NCBI RefSeq assembly: GCF_000009045.1
Contig: NC_000964.3
Coordinates: 1,110,001 to 1,142,000, forward strand
Length of the DNA: 32,000 nucleotides
DNA from: Bacillus subtilis subsp. subtilis str. 168
GTDB taxonomy: Bacteria; Bacillota; Bacilli; Bacillales; Bacillaceae
Direction: 5' to 3'
Part shown: positions 17,466-25,698 of the stretch, piece by piece
Layout of the letters: each line of letters opens with the position of its first letter
Numbering within the stretch: position 1 is the stretch's first letter
Translations under genes and position numbers: made by a program
Notes under the pieces: model-generated
Seen by the model: only the letters and a program-made list of their open reading frames with translations
Told to the model about the DNA's origin: nothing
The model's database searches: none

Positions 17466-18314
17466 TCATGATCCAATTAATTTTTTTAAGGTATTAGTAA
17501 TTCCTTTTGAGTACTCACTATCAGTTATAAGGTTGTGCAAGTTTTTGGCTTCCTGTGTTGCATTTTTTAGCAGATATCCATTCCCTACTGTCTGTAACAT
17601 ACGAACATCATTTCCACTATCCCCAAATGCGATAGCTCTTTCGGTATTTAGGTTGTATTTCTCTAACATAAACGTTACAATTTCATTCTTTCCTGTCCCT
17701 ATGGGGATAAAATCTACATCATAGCTGTCTTCTGGATCGCCTGCTAAGGGATTACACCGATTTATATTTACTGAAACGCCGTATTCTTCGCAGATTTTTT
17801 CAATAGCTAATAGGTTTTTCTTGTCGTTTATTTCATCTTGTTCCTGATAGTAGAAGTTATGCTTATACCGTGACTTTCCTAATTGGGTTTGAGGATTCAA
17901 AAGAATGTTATGATTTTCATGCAGCTGTTTCACAAGTTTTTCAACCTTTTCTTTACTAAACCCTTCATTTATGCGACTGTTCCACTTGTTATCTTGCTGA
18001 CCGAAGTTATGCTCTGAAAAGTACGTAATTTCAGTTCCAAGATCACTAGCTATAAAATGCGGAAAATATCTAAATTTTCCTCGTCCCATTTTATCGAGAA
18101 TAGATTCTATACTGCTCCCAGTAACCCATCCGATTATTAGCTCCCCATCTTTACTTTTTTGTTCTAGATAGTCTTCGAGTTCATAGATGTCTTGTTGCTT
18201 TTGTTCGTCGATTGTATGCGGAAAATACGTTTCATCAAAATCACAAAAAACAATATATTGAGGATGTTCAACCGTGGATAACGTTTTATACTCCGATTTC
18301 TTGCTTAATAACAT
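17466..18314 (-). CDS. ntdB: HAD-family kanosamine-6-phosphate phosphatase
   Basis: The protein is 282 aa, with the HAD motifs FCDFDETYF (DxDxT) and GDSGND. Its stop codon lies inside the ntdC RBS. Confidence 0.88.
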   Translation of the reverse strand: MLLSKKSEYKTLSTVEHPQYIVFCDFDETYFPHTIDEQKQQDIYELEDYLEQKSKDGELIIGWVTGSSIESILDKMGRGKFRYFPHFIASDLGTEITYFSEHNFGQQDNKWNSRINEGFSKEKVEKLVKQLHENHNILLNPQTQLGKSRYKHNFYYQEQDEINDKKNLLAIEKICEEYGVSVNINRCNPLAGDPEDSYDVDFIPIGTGKNEIVTFMLEKYNLNTERAIAFGDSGNDVRMLQTVGNGYLLKNATQEAKNLHNLITDSEYSKGITNTLKKLIGS

Positions 18315-19611
18315 GAAACAGTCCCTCCATTACTCTGTCTTGTTCTTCTAAAGTAAATGACGGATATAAAGGCAAATGCAGTACCTGACTATGAGCCTTT
18401 TCCGTATGAACCAATTGGAGTCCTGCATACTTGTCCTGTACTAAAGGAGTTTTTTGCATATGAGAAAGTATTGGATAATATACATCTGTTTGAACACCAA
18501 AATCTTCATTTAATTTAGTCATGATATCTGCCCTATCTTCTGTTCTTACCTTAATAGGAAACAGATGCCATACATGATCTTCACTTAATTCTGGTAATTC
18601 AATATAGCCTTTATTCTGCAACTCTGCTAATTGGGTAATGTATCTATCCGCCAAGAACAATCTTTTGAAGTTGTTTAATGAAAGGTACTTCATTCTCTCT
18701 AAACCAATTGCTGCCTGTAAATTGTCCATTTTTGAATTAAATCCAAAATTGATGACTTTCTTATTTTTTACATTTACTTCAAAACCGTGATAACTAAATT
18801 GAATGCATTTTTTAGCGAGTTCTTCATTATCAGTTGCTATTGCCCCAGCCTTGCCACATACACCAAAATTCTTATAGGGATTAAAACTTAATGTAGTGAT
18901 GTCTGCATACTTTCCTAAGTCTGTCAGTCCAATTCCTTGGCAGGCATCTTCAATTACTTTTAATTTATAACGATTTGCGATTTGACGGATATGCTGCATG
19001 TCTGAATGTTTTCCGTATAAATGCACAGGTAGAATAAACTTTGTATAAGGAGTTATTGCTTCTTCAATTTTGTCAGGATCGATGCAGAATGTTTGTGGGT
19101 TAATATCTACATAGATAGGAACGCCTCCCGAAGCTAACACAGCATTTTCAGTAGCTGAAAAGCTATTAGCCGGCATGATAACTTCATCCCCTGGGTTTAA
19201 CCCTAAAGCCAATAAACCTATCATAATAGCATCGGTTCCACTGCTGGTTGCAATTACATACCTTTTATGTAAATATGTAGATAAAACTTTTTCGAATTGC
19301 TCTAAATAGGGACCACTCGTAAATTTTCCAGTTGGCAAAACTTCAGTTAATGTATTTAAGATATCTTCCACTTCATCATTGGTTATTAATCTGTCTACAG
19401 GCAAAAAAGGGACTTTACTGATTTCACGATTTTTTTGATAGTTGAAAAGGTCATGTTCAATATCTATCTTTTCTTTTAATACTTGTTTCCACCGCTCGTT
19501 TACAATACTGTCTTCAATAACAAGTTCTTTTCCTTGTACGTCACCTTTTAAGTGTTTTAATAGTGACATGTTTTCTTTGCTTTTACCTGAAATCTTAACC
19601 TGTTTTTGCAT
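18286..19611 (-). CDS. ntdA: PLP-dependent 3-oxo-glucose-6-phosphate:glutamate aminotransferase (DegT/DnrJ/EryC1 family)
   Basis: The protein is 441 aa from the ATG at 19609-19611, with GGAGG upstream. It has a DegT-type fold with SFNPYKNF (PLP lysine) and an N-terminal extension of about 100 aa. The 3' end overlaps the ntdB start by 29 nt. Confidence 0.88.
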   Translation of the reverse strand: MQKQVKISGKSKENMSLLKHLKGDVQGKELVIEDSIVNERWKQVLKEKIDIEHDLFNYQKNREISKVPFLPVDRLITNDEVEDILNTLTEVLPTGKFTSGPYLEQFEKVLSTYLHKRYVIATSSGTDAIMIGLLALGLNPGDEVIMPANSFSATENAVLASGGVPIYVDINPQTFCIDPDKIEEAITPYTKFILPVHLYGKHSDMQHIRQIANRYKLKVIEDACQGIGLTDLGKYADITTLSFNPYKNFGVCGKAGAIATDNEELAKKCIQFSYHGFEVNVKNKKVINFGFNSKMDNLQAAIGLERMKYLSLNNFKRLFLADRYITQLAELQNKGYIELPELSEDHVWHLFPIKVRTEDRADIMTKLNEDFGVQTDVYYPILSHMQKTPLVQDKYAGLQLVHTEKAHSQVLHLPLYPSFTLEEQDRVMEGLFHVIKQEIGV

Positions 19612-19670
19612 GAACAGTACCTCCAATGATTTTATAATCTAAAAATTTATTACAAATTTATCCTAGTTTC

Positions 19671-19690
19671 TGAAATCGGTAACATGTCAA
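19671..19690. promoter_or_regulatory. cre/LacI-family operator-like palindrome abutting a -35 TTGACA in the ntdA-ntdR divergent region
   Basis: TGAAATCGGTAACA (19671-19684) fits TGNAANCGNTNNCA at every constrained position. On the minus strand, TTGACA (plus 19685-19690) lies immediately upstream of it, facing ntdA. Confidence 0.55.
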
Positions 19691-19714
19691 CAACTTTTTT
19701 AAGGAAGGGAAAAT

Positions 19715-20704
19715 ATGCCTACAATTGATGAAATAGCAAAATTATGCAATGTGTCTAAAACCACAGTGTCAAGAGTATTGAATAATCATCCTTATGTGTC
19801 GAAAGAAAAAAGAGATATGATCTTAAAGGCTATTAACGAACTTGACTACACTCCCAATTATTTAGCTCGGAATTTTAGGAGAAATAAGACACAAACGATA
19901 GCTTTATCGGTTCCGAGTATCGACCATCCATTTTTTGCTCAATTAATAAAAGGGGTCTCTCATGAAGTACTGTTTAAGAATTACAAGGTAATTGTATTTC
20001 AGACCTTTTATGACAAACAGACGGAGCTAGAATTACTAGAGTTATTGAAGCATAAAGAAGTGGATGGCATTATTCTTGGGACTTTAGAAAATGAATGGGA
20101 TCAGATATCCCCTTTCTTAAAGTATGGTCCTATCTTATTATGTAATGAATATCATCACTCAGCGGACATCACGATAATTGGGTATGATGAATTTGAAGCC
20201 GCATACATGGGGGTAGTACATTTAATTGAAAGAGGGCATAAAAAAATTGGGTTTTGTTTTGATACTCCATATAGCGAAGCTCAATGTCAGAGGAAAGAGG
20301 GTTATTTGAAAGCTTTACAAGATTACAATTTACATCATAGAAGCGAATGGATATTCGGCGAAATGTTTAATATCGAGGATGGCTTTCGTGTTTTTCATAA
20401 GATAAAGGATCTAAAGGACAGACCCTCAGCAATATTTACAGGAAATGATCAAGTCGCCGCAGGGATTATTAAACAGGCGATGAAAAATGGCTTTAAAGTT
20501 CCAGAAGACTTAGCTGTAATTGGTTTTGACAACCAATTGATTTGCCAAGTCGTTACTCCGACCATAACAACAATTGATATCCCCGTAATAGAATTAGGCC
20601 AACAGGCTGTGTTGAAAATCATCGAGTCCATTTCGGGTAATGCCTCTTTAAACAGAAGAATTATTAAACTGCCAACAAAGCTTATTATAAGAGAATCAAC
20701 GTAA
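19715..20704 (+). CDS. ntdR: LacI-family transcriptional regulator of the ntd operon
   Basis: The protein is 329 aa, with the N-terminal HTH TIDEIAKLCNVSKTTVSRVLNN and a periplasmic-binding-protein-like effector domain. It is divergent from ntdA. Confidence 0.88.
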   Translation: MPTIDEIAKLCNVSKTTVSRVLNNHPYVSKEKRDMILKAINELDYTPNYLARNFRRNKTQTIALSVPSIDHPFFAQLIKGVSHEVLFKNYKVIVFQTFYDKQTELELLELLKHKEVDGIILGTLENEWDQISPFLKYGPILLCNEYHHSADITIIGYDEFEAAYMGVVHLIERGHKKIGFCFDTPYSEAQCQRKEGYLKALQDYNLHHRSEWIFGEMFNIEDGFRVFHKIKDLKDRPSAIFTGNDQVAAGIIKQAMKNGFKVPEDLAVIGFDNQLICQVVTPTITTIDIPVIELGQQAVLKIIESISGNASLNRRIIKLPTKLIIREST

Positions 20705-20743
20705 CGATAGATTTCCCTTTAACATTTTATATCTTTATATAAG

Positions 20744-20775
20744 AAAAAGAGGTTATTCATTTTAACCTCTTTTTC
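20744..20775 (+). terminator. Intrinsic terminator after ntdR
   Basis: The sequence agaggtta-ttcattt-taacctct forms a perfect 8-bp stem and is followed by tttt. Confidence 0.8.
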
Positions 20776-20917
20776 AATCGTAAGTCGTCAATTATTTCTT
20801 TCATTTCACCCTCTGGCAGCACTCACTTCAAATCTGATCCATTAACAACGAAATATCCGCTTATATTTCCTCATCTCGATGGTTTGCGAATTAAAAGTTC
20901 TTGAACCCTTTTTTCAA

Positions 20918-22072
20918 CTAGGCACTACTGCCGCTGATTGAGCTCTTTTTGTCTTTTTTTTCACCATGAAGATGGTGAAGCAGGCGATAAAACGGCGGCA
21001 GCAGGGCAATAACCAGAATGACGCGAATGACCTGAACCGCAACGACAAAGGTGGAATCAGCATGTAAGGTAACTGACGTCGTCGCCATCTCTGCAATCCC
21101 GCCGGGCGCAAATGCCAGAACAGAAGTGATGAGCGAAATTCCTGTCAGCTCGGAAACGATCACGGCGCTCAAAAACATTGCTGCGATTAAACCGACGGAC
21201 GAGACAAACCCGACGATGATAATACGGGTGACGCCGGCAAACATGCTTTTGTACATCTTAGAGCCGATCGTTGCCCCGAGAAATACTTGTGATACATGGT
21301 TAGCTTGTGACAACCACCATGCCGTCATGTCGTGCCCTGTCACCGCAGCTCCGCCAACATGTACAATTGCTACACCGAGCATGCTGCCGAGCAGCCATGG
21401 AGCTGGAAATTTTAAAAATTTCGCAGCTTTGCAAGCTCCCCAGGCAGCGAGAATAAGAATGACGGTCCACAAAACGGGAGCGAGCCTAAAATCTGTCGTT
21501 GCAGAAGAAATCGTCTCTGCTGCGGCACTTGCGGTACGATCTTGTTTTGTATAGATCAGAATGACTAAAAACGGAATGGAAAGCACCACGAGCAGCACAC
21601 GCATCATTTGAACGAGGCTGACTATAGCGGTATTGGCGCCTACTTCCTGTGCGATGCTCGGCATGGCGGAAAGTCCGCCGGGAGCGGTGCCGACAAAGCT
21701 AGTCATCATATCCGTTTTGCTGAAACGCCAAAGCACATATCCTGACAGCATGGCCAGCAGGATAGACAATATCAGCATAACGCCGACTGAAAACCAATGG
21801 TCTTTGAGAACAGAGAGAACGGATAAATTCAGCTTTTGGCCCAATTCGATGCCGAGGATCATCTGCCCGAGGGCGAGCCATCGTCGGTTAATTCCTTTTT
21901 GGTCTGGTGCCATCATCAGCCATGCCGGCCGTATCATGGCGAGGCAGCAGGCGACAATCAGTGTTCCGATCATCCATCCAATTGATATTCCGGTTAATGA
22001 AAGAATAAACCCCCCGGCTGCACTGATTGCGATAAACCATAGATCTTTGAGGAGATTTTCGTCTTTCTTCAA
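20918..22072 (-). CDS. yhjN: AbrB-duplication (AmoA-like, PF05145-type) integral membrane protein, function unknown
   Basis: The protein is a 384-aa polytopic membrane protein with an internal duplication. A TTG start (plus caa, 22070-22072) has AAGGAAGAAGGG 7 nt upstream. Confidence 0.8.
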   Translation of the reverse strand: MKKDENLLKDLWFIAISAAGGFILSLTGISIGWMIGTLIVACCLAMIRPAWLMMAPDQKGINRRWLALGQMILGIELGQKLNLSVLSVLKDHWFSVGVMLILSILLAMLSGYVLWRFSKTDMMTSFVGTAPGGLSAMPSIAQEVGANTAIVSLVQMMRVLLVVLSIPFLVILIYTKQDRTASAAAETISSATTDFRLAPVLWTVILILAAWGACKAAKFLKFPAPWLLGSMLGVAIVHVGGAAVTGHDMTAWWLSQANHVSQVFLGATIGSKMYKSMFAGVTRIIIVGFVSSVGLIAAMFLSAVIVSELTGISLITSVLAFAPGGIAEMATTSVTLHADSTFVVAVQVIRVILVIALLPPFYRLLHHLHGEKKDKKSSISGSSA

Positions 22073-22178
22073 TGTAAAACCCTTCTTCCTTTTTCACGTA
22101 ACACTCCAATTGTTCACGTAGTGAATGTATTTATTACTATAGTATATTTTTGTTGATAAAGAAATTATGAATTATTTT

Positions 22179-23384
22179 CTATAAGCGATTCACTTTTCTT
22201 ATGACCTTGTGTTCGAGCTTTTCTATTGTGTAAGTCAGAGATAAACCCGCTGTCAGCAGACACACGGCAAGAGCGTAAAAAATCACTTCTCCGCCAAATG
22301 ATGTCAGGATCAGCCCGCCTGCCAGCGGTCCGATTGAGCGGGATATATCCCAATGCAGACCATAGACAGCATAAAACCGGCCCAGCAAATGAGGCGGCGC
22401 CAATTTCGATATGAAGGTCTGGATGTGGGTTAGCCCGATGCTTTCACCAACCGTCATCACCGCTGCCGTCACTAAAAGCATTGTCAGAGAGGTTGAGCAT
22501 GCAAAGCCGGCTGCCGCAAGGGAGTAGCAAATATAAGTAATGAAGAGGATCGTTTTCATTGAAAGCTTTTCGGTCCCTTTGACAAGAGGTACTTGGAGAA
22601 CACAGCTGAATAAAGCTTTTGCTGCTGAATAGATGGTCAGCATGGACAGATAATCAGAAAACATGTTTTTGCTGAACAGCCTGTATGTTGTTTCTGTTTG
22701 TGCATATAACATGCTGATGGGGAGAGAAAGCAGCAAAAGAAGCAGGACAGGCCTGTATATTGTAAAGCTCGCGGACATTTTCGGGGTAACAGCTGGGTGT
22801 AGCGGCTTTGTCTCAGGCAGTTTCAGTGCAGCGATCAGAAAGTAGATAAACAATGCTGCAGCATCTAATGCGAATATCCACACGGGGTTATGATTGTACA
22901 GCAGCATCCCCACTAGCGGTCCTGCCGTCAGACCCGTCGAATAGATCGCATTGATGACCGCAAACACTTCCGAACGTCTGCTTTCCGGCGTGCTTTCAGC
23001 GATTTGGGCGCGGGAAGCGGGAATGTACAACGATCTTCCGATGCCATTCATGACATAGAGAATAGCGAAAACATACGCATGCTCAGCAAATACAAACCCT
23101 GTCATTGCCGCTGATTGAAGAAGCAATGCGGTCAAAATCGCTGTGCGCCGCCCAAGCCGATCCGTCACCCGTCCTGCAGCGAGCGTCAGGAAAATATCAG
23201 CAAATGGCTGAAGGCTGATGATCAGCATTGGCATCATGATACTGCCGTTTAATTGTTCATGCAGATACAGCACCATAAAAGGTCCCATCATTGCACCTGT
23301 CAGGCTTGTCAGCAATTCGCCGAAAAAGCGGAGCCGAACGGGAGCGGTATATCTCGATTTTATAGAGTGAAAACTGGTCAACAT
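22179..23384 (-). CDS. yhjO: MFS transporter, substrate unknown
   Basis: The protein is 401 aa from the ATG at 23382-23384 (MLTSFHSIKSRY...), with AAAGGCGGCG upstream. It has a 12-TM MFS layout with GRVTDRLGRR in loop 2-3. Confidence 0.85.
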   Translation of the reverse strand: MLTSFHSIKSRYTAPVRLRFFGELLTSLTGAMMGPFMVLYLHEQLNGSIMMPMLIISLQPFADIFLTLAAGRVTDRLGRRTAILTALLLQSAAMTGFVFAEHAYVFAILYVMNGIGRSLYIPASRAQIAESTPESRRSEVFAVINAIYSTGLTAGPLVGMLLYNHNPVWIFALDAAALFIYFLIAALKLPETKPLHPAVTPKMSASFTIYRPVLLLLLLSLPISMLYAQTETTYRLFSKNMFSDYLSMLTIYSAAKALFSCVLQVPLVKGTEKLSMKTILFITYICYSLAAAGFACSTSLTMLLVTAAVMTVGESIGLTHIQTFISKLAPPHLLGRFYAVYGLHWDISRSIGPLAGGLILTSFGGEVIFYALAVCLLTAGLSLTYTIEKLEHKVIRKVNRL

Positions 23385-23497
23385 GTGATCGCCGCCTTTC
23401 GCTGTTTGATATAGTAGTAGTGTATAGAAGGGGCGGCGGCCCAAAAAGTGAAGAAAAGAAGAGATAAAAGTTCCCCTTTTGTCGGGAGGTGCGGGGA

Positions 23498-25225
23498 TTG
23501 AAGCTGATAGAGCACTACGTGGCGCTTGTAAAAACAGGCTGCGCCGAGTATGGGCAAATGAACGAAATGACGCTCACTGAGATTGCCGACTGTTTATTTT
23601 GTACAGAAAGAAATGCAAAGCTCATTTTACATAAGCTGGAGAACAGCAATTGGATTATCCGGGAAAGCGGGGCGGGGCGCGGCCGCAAATCTAAAATCGC
23701 GTTTCTTCGGAGGCCTGAGGAACTGCTTCTTCAAACTGCAAAGGAATATACCATGTCAGGAAAGCTTAAAAAGGCAAAGGAGCTGCTTCAGCAGTATCAG
23801 TCCGCGTTTCCAGGGCTTCAAAACGAATATAACATGTGGCTATCAGAGGTATTCGGATTTGTGACGGAGACAGGCGAGAATGGGGCGAAGGATGTCCTGC
23901 GGCTGTTCATCACGCCTGAATCTGTCAGCAGTTTGGATCCATGCCAAATATTTTTGCGGTCTGAGGGCCATTTCGTCAAACAGATATTTGATACACTCTT
24001 CACGTTTGATTCGGATATGCAGGAGCCGAAGCCTCATTTGGTTCATGGATGGGAAGAGGTCGGAAAAAAACAATGGAGATTTTTTCTTCGAAAAGGTGTG
24101 TTATTTCATAATGGACAGCCGCTGACATCGCGGGACGTTGCGTTTACATTTCAGCGCTTTTTGGAACTGGCTGACAACCCGTATAAATGGCTTCTGCACG
24201 GAGTGAAACAAGTCTTAGAAAAGGGCCCTTATTGTGTGGAGCTCATACTCGATAAGCCGAATGCGCTTTTGCCGTATGCTCTTTGTGATGAACGGCTGTC
24301 CATACTGCCGGCAGAACAGGGCGGCGGGAAAAATGGAACAGGGCCTTTTCAGATGAATCAGCAACATAGCGGGATGCTTGTGCTTGAAGCCAATGAGCGC
24401 TACTTCAAGGGACGCCCCTATTTGGATCGCGTTGAGTTTGTGTTTTCTGAGCAAGCCGGAGAGATGAACGGTTTTACCATTCAAGAAAAACAAACATGTC
24501 CTGAGCAGCAAACTGTCTTTGATGAGCGGCATGTTCAGTATTTGTCGCTTAATCTGAAAAAGAAGGGGCCTCTTCAGCACCGAAGCTTTAGAAAAGCGCT
24601 CCGGCTGCTGATTTCCTCTGAACGGCTCGTTCGTGAAGCGGGAGGGCACCGAAGAATTCCGGTTACGTCCTTTTTGCATCCGAGTCCTTTTGAGTGGGAG
24701 GGCGTTTCGCCATCTGAATTGTTGAAAAAAAGCGGATACGAGGGCGAAACAATCGTGCTTTATACCTTTTCGGAAACGGATCATCGTGAGGACGCCGAAT
24801 GGATTCAAAATATTTGCGCCCAGCACGGTATCAGGCTTACACTTCAATTCTGTGATGCTGCTGATCTGCGACGGCCGGAAATCGTGCAGATGGCGGATAT
24901 CATTCATGACAGTGCGACGTTTTATCAAGACAGCGAGTTTGGTTTTCTGCATTTGCTGCTGTCGGAGAACAGTTTCTTGTATCAGCATCTATCTGAAAAG
25001 CTGACACAGATTTGCTCAGGAATGACAGAGCGGATGTTTTCCATGCCTGACCGCTGTTCGAGAATCAACATCCTGCGTGACATTGACCGGCAGATGATAC
25101 AGGAGCTGAACGCGATCCCGCTGTATCAAAATGTGCTCCAGGTGACATCAAGTAAAAATGTAAAAGGCCTGGTGCTTGATGAAGAGGGATGGATTGATTT
25201 GTACTCCGTATGGCTGTCCAAATAA
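23498..25225 (+). CDS. yhjP: SgrR-like regulator: N-terminal winged-helix DNA-binding domain fused to a family-5 solute-binding-protein domain
   Basis: The protein is 575 aa from the TTG at 23498, with GGGAGG 8 nt upstream. The N-terminal segment is TLTEIADCLFCTERNAKLILHKLENSNWIIRESGAGRGRKSKIAF. The rest resembles oligopeptide/nickel-type SBPs, but there is no signal peptide. Confidence 0.8.
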   Translation: MKLIEHYVALVKTGCAEYGQMNEMTLTEIADCLFCTERNAKLILHKLENSNWIIRESGAGRGRKSKIAFLRRPEELLLQTAKEYTMSGKLKKAKELLQQYQSAFPGLQNEYNMWLSEVFGFVTETGENGAKDVLRLFITPESVSSLDPCQIFLRSEGHFVKQIFDTLFTFDSDMQEPKPHLVHGWEEVGKKQWRFFLRKGVLFHNGQPLTSRDVAFTFQRFLELADNPYKWLLHGVKQVLEKGPYCVELILDKPNALLPYALCDERLSILPAEQGGGKNGTGPFQMNQQHSGMLVLEANERYFKGRPYLDRVEFVFSEQAGEMNGFTIQEKQTCPEQQTVFDERHVQYLSLNLKKKGPLQHRSFRKALRLLISSERLVREAGGHRRIPVTSFLHPSPFEWEGVSPSELLKKSGYEGETIVLYTFSETDHREDAEWIQNICAQHGIRLTLQFCDAADLRRPEIVQMADIIHDSATFYQDSEFGFLHLLLSENSFLYQHLSEKLTQICSGMTERMFSMPDRCSRINILRDIDRQMIQELNAIPLYQNVLQVTSSKNVKGLVLDEEGWIDLYSVWLSK

Positions 25226-25256
25226 AAAGAGGGTTCTTTTTTGAACCCTCTTTTTT
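25224..25256. terminator. Bidirectional intrinsic terminator between convergent yhjP and yhjQ
   Basis: The sequence aaaaagagggttc-tttttt-gaaccctctttttt has A- and T-runs on both sides and touches the yhjQ stop. Confidence 0.85.
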
Positions 25257-25581
25257 ACGCTGCCATGCTGCGGCATTGTTCAGCACAGGTGAAGCAGGCT
25301 TTCGCACATGCTTGGCAATGATCATGATCGTGCTTTCCGCATTCAGTGCCGCATGCTTCACAAATATCGGCGCAAAGTGCACAAATTTCTTTCATAAACG
25401 GGCTGTCCGTTTGCATGGCTTTGACCGCCAGCGCGCAAATATCCGCGCATTCCCTGTCAAGCCGGATGCATCCGCTGAGATGATGCTGCACGCTTTCTTC
25501 CAAGCATTTAGTGAAACAATGATTGCAAGCCTTCATGCAATCGATGCAAGCCTCAATACAAGCCTCAGAATATTGCTCCAT
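25255..25581 (-). CDS. yhjQ: Cysteine-rich four-helix-bundle cytosolic copper storage protein (Csp3 / DUF326)
   Basis: The protein is 108 aa and contains 19 Cys by my count, arranged in CxxxC/CxxC heptad-like spacing. An AGGGGGA RBS lies 7 nt upstream. There is no signal peptide. Confidence 0.85.
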   Translation of the reverse strand: MEQYSEACIEACIDCMKACNHCFTKCLEESVQHHLSGCIRLDRECADICALAVKAMQTDSPFMKEICALCADICEACGTECGKHDHDHCQACAKACFTCAEQCRSMAA

Positions 25582-25698
25582 GGTTGATTCCCCCTGTATG
25601 ACAGTATATGGTTTTATGTTTCACGGCTGCATTTGAAAAAAACAGGGGAGTGTGTTTTTAGCTAAGGGGATATGTACATATACCCTGAATGGGTATAT

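Noticed and set aside
20757-20804. A 15-codon minus-strand mini-ORF (MKEIIDDLRLKKRLK) follows GAGGGTG, between ntdR and yhjN.
   Set aside because: The SD-to-ATG spacing is only 2-4 nt, which is too short. Its 3' half is simply the ntdR terminator stem read backwards. No promoter is evident.
24215-24988. A 257-aa minus-strand ORF lies inside yhjP.
   Set aside because: It is fully nested antisense to a well-supported 575-aa gene. It has no RBS, and it is Arg/Lys/Leu-rich, as expected from the reverse complement of a coding frame.
25210-25587. A 125-aa plus-strand ORF overlaps yhjQ.
   Set aside because: It is a mirror frame of the Cys-codon-rich yhjQ gene and begins inside the yhjP/yhjQ terminator. 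The minus-strand product has an RBS and a coherent Cys-repeat architecture.
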